The notes under the pieces were generated by a model. The model was given only the letters and a program-made list of their open reading frames with translations, did not search any database and was not told the origin of the DNA. From Candidatus Saccharimonadales bacterium (GTDB lineage Bacteria > Patescibacteriota > Saccharimonadia > Saccharimonadales > JBBQAJ01): a stretch of 64,000 bases of DNA. A program made the translations under genes and the position numbers. Shown in pieces: positions 63,711 to 64,000 of the stretch. The first letter of the stretch is position 1. Every line of letters starts with the position of its first letter. The stretch is taken from assembly GCA_038316195.1 (NCBI GenBank), contig JBBQAJ010000002.1, positions 86,773-150,772 of the forward strand. The letters run 5' to 3'.

Positions 63711-64000
63711 TTATGTAACTAGCGATTTCATGTTTGCAGTAGCTATAAGATTTTTGCTACCGAACTGAGGATACAAAAGATATCCATGCCAAGCAGAAAC
63801 GTCGTAATTTATTTTTATGTCTGCTTCTGAAGTTGTGATAGCCTGACGATTTTGTTTTATTTCCACTAATTCTGAAATTGTTTGCATTAGCTCAGAGTCC
63901 GTTGCAGTTGCAGAGTGTCCTAAAAATTTTATAAATATTGGCAGTTTTGTCAAATTTTGTGCAATTTCTAGGATTGCATCACGACTATATGAACTTCTCC
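63711..64000 (-). CDS. 3' part of an uncharacterised gene truncated by the window edge
   Basis: The frame stays open from 63953 to position 64000 (..RSSYSRDAILEIAQNLTKLPIF..). The track's TTG start is probably internal. Confidence 0.4.
   Translation of the reverse strand, partial: RSSYSRDAILEIAQNLTKLPIFIKFLGHSATATDSELMQTISELVEIKQNRQAITTSEADIKINYDVSAWHGYLLYPQFGSKNLIATANMKSLVT

Noticed and set aside
1-64000. Search for CRISPR arrays, rRNA, IS elements/transposases, integrases, phage structural genes, retrons/DGR reverse transcriptases and toxin-antitoxin pairs
   Set aside because: No regularly spaced direct repeats, no rRNA-like conserved blocks and no DDE/serine/tyrosine recombinase or RT motifs appear in any listed ORF. 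The only HTH protein pairs with a membrane protein, not a toxin-like partner.

Overview
AT-rich, very tightly packed bacterial window. Intergenic gaps are mostly under 100 bp, many start/stop codons overlap, and TGA is used as a stop, so the code is standard. All calls come from reading the supplied translations and DNA against remembered family motifs; no database search was run.

Gene content (type IV pilin, sortase with an LAxTG substrate, PEGA and DUF3048 proteins, small compact operons) suggests a Patescibacteria/CPR-like (Saccharibacteria-like) or other reduced monoderm lineage. That placement is inference only.

Layout:
- 0.4-4.9 kb: secreted hydrolases and an Lnt-like membrane enzyme.
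- 4.9-21.3 kb: an essentially complete de novo purine locus (purL-purD-purN-purF, folD, cyclodeaminase, purE, HAD, purK, purC-purB, purM, purH).
- 21.3-24.1 kb: a seemingly higher-GC island with a UmuC-like Y-family polymerase, an SRAP (YedK/HMCES-type) protein and two paralogous small ORFs.
- 24-31 kb: receiver protein, DUF3048 protein, gltX and envelope proteins including a sortase.
- 31.4-38.4 kb: tRNA-Leu, a second Lnt-like gene, a frameshifted secreted zincin, a DAGK-like kinase, and an xth / HAD / YjeF_C-like / unknown operon.
- 38.4-46.5 kb: pyrH, pilin, MBL hydrolase, oxidative pentose-phosphate operon (pgl-gnd-zwf), tRNA-Ser, MacB-type ABC pair and a flavodoxin-like protein.
- 46.6-52.3 kb: two tandem archaeal-type PurP paralogs converging on purA-ahcY-PfkB kinase.
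- 52.5-64 kb: two orphan histidine kinases, an extracytoplasmic thiol-disulfide cluster (Grx-like, DipZ-like, Trx-like, Met/Lys/Asp-repeat protein), an XRE regulator, a double zinc-ribbon membrane protein and an LAETG surface protein.

No rRNA, CRISPR array, transposase, integrase or phage genes were recognised.

Most interesting candidates:
- the polymerase/SRAP island with its uncharacterised small paralogs;
- tandem PurP genes alongside a full PurH;
- the xth-HAD-YjeF_C-like-unknown operon;
- the A7-tract frameshift in a secreted zincin;
- recurring leaderless-type promoter geometry.
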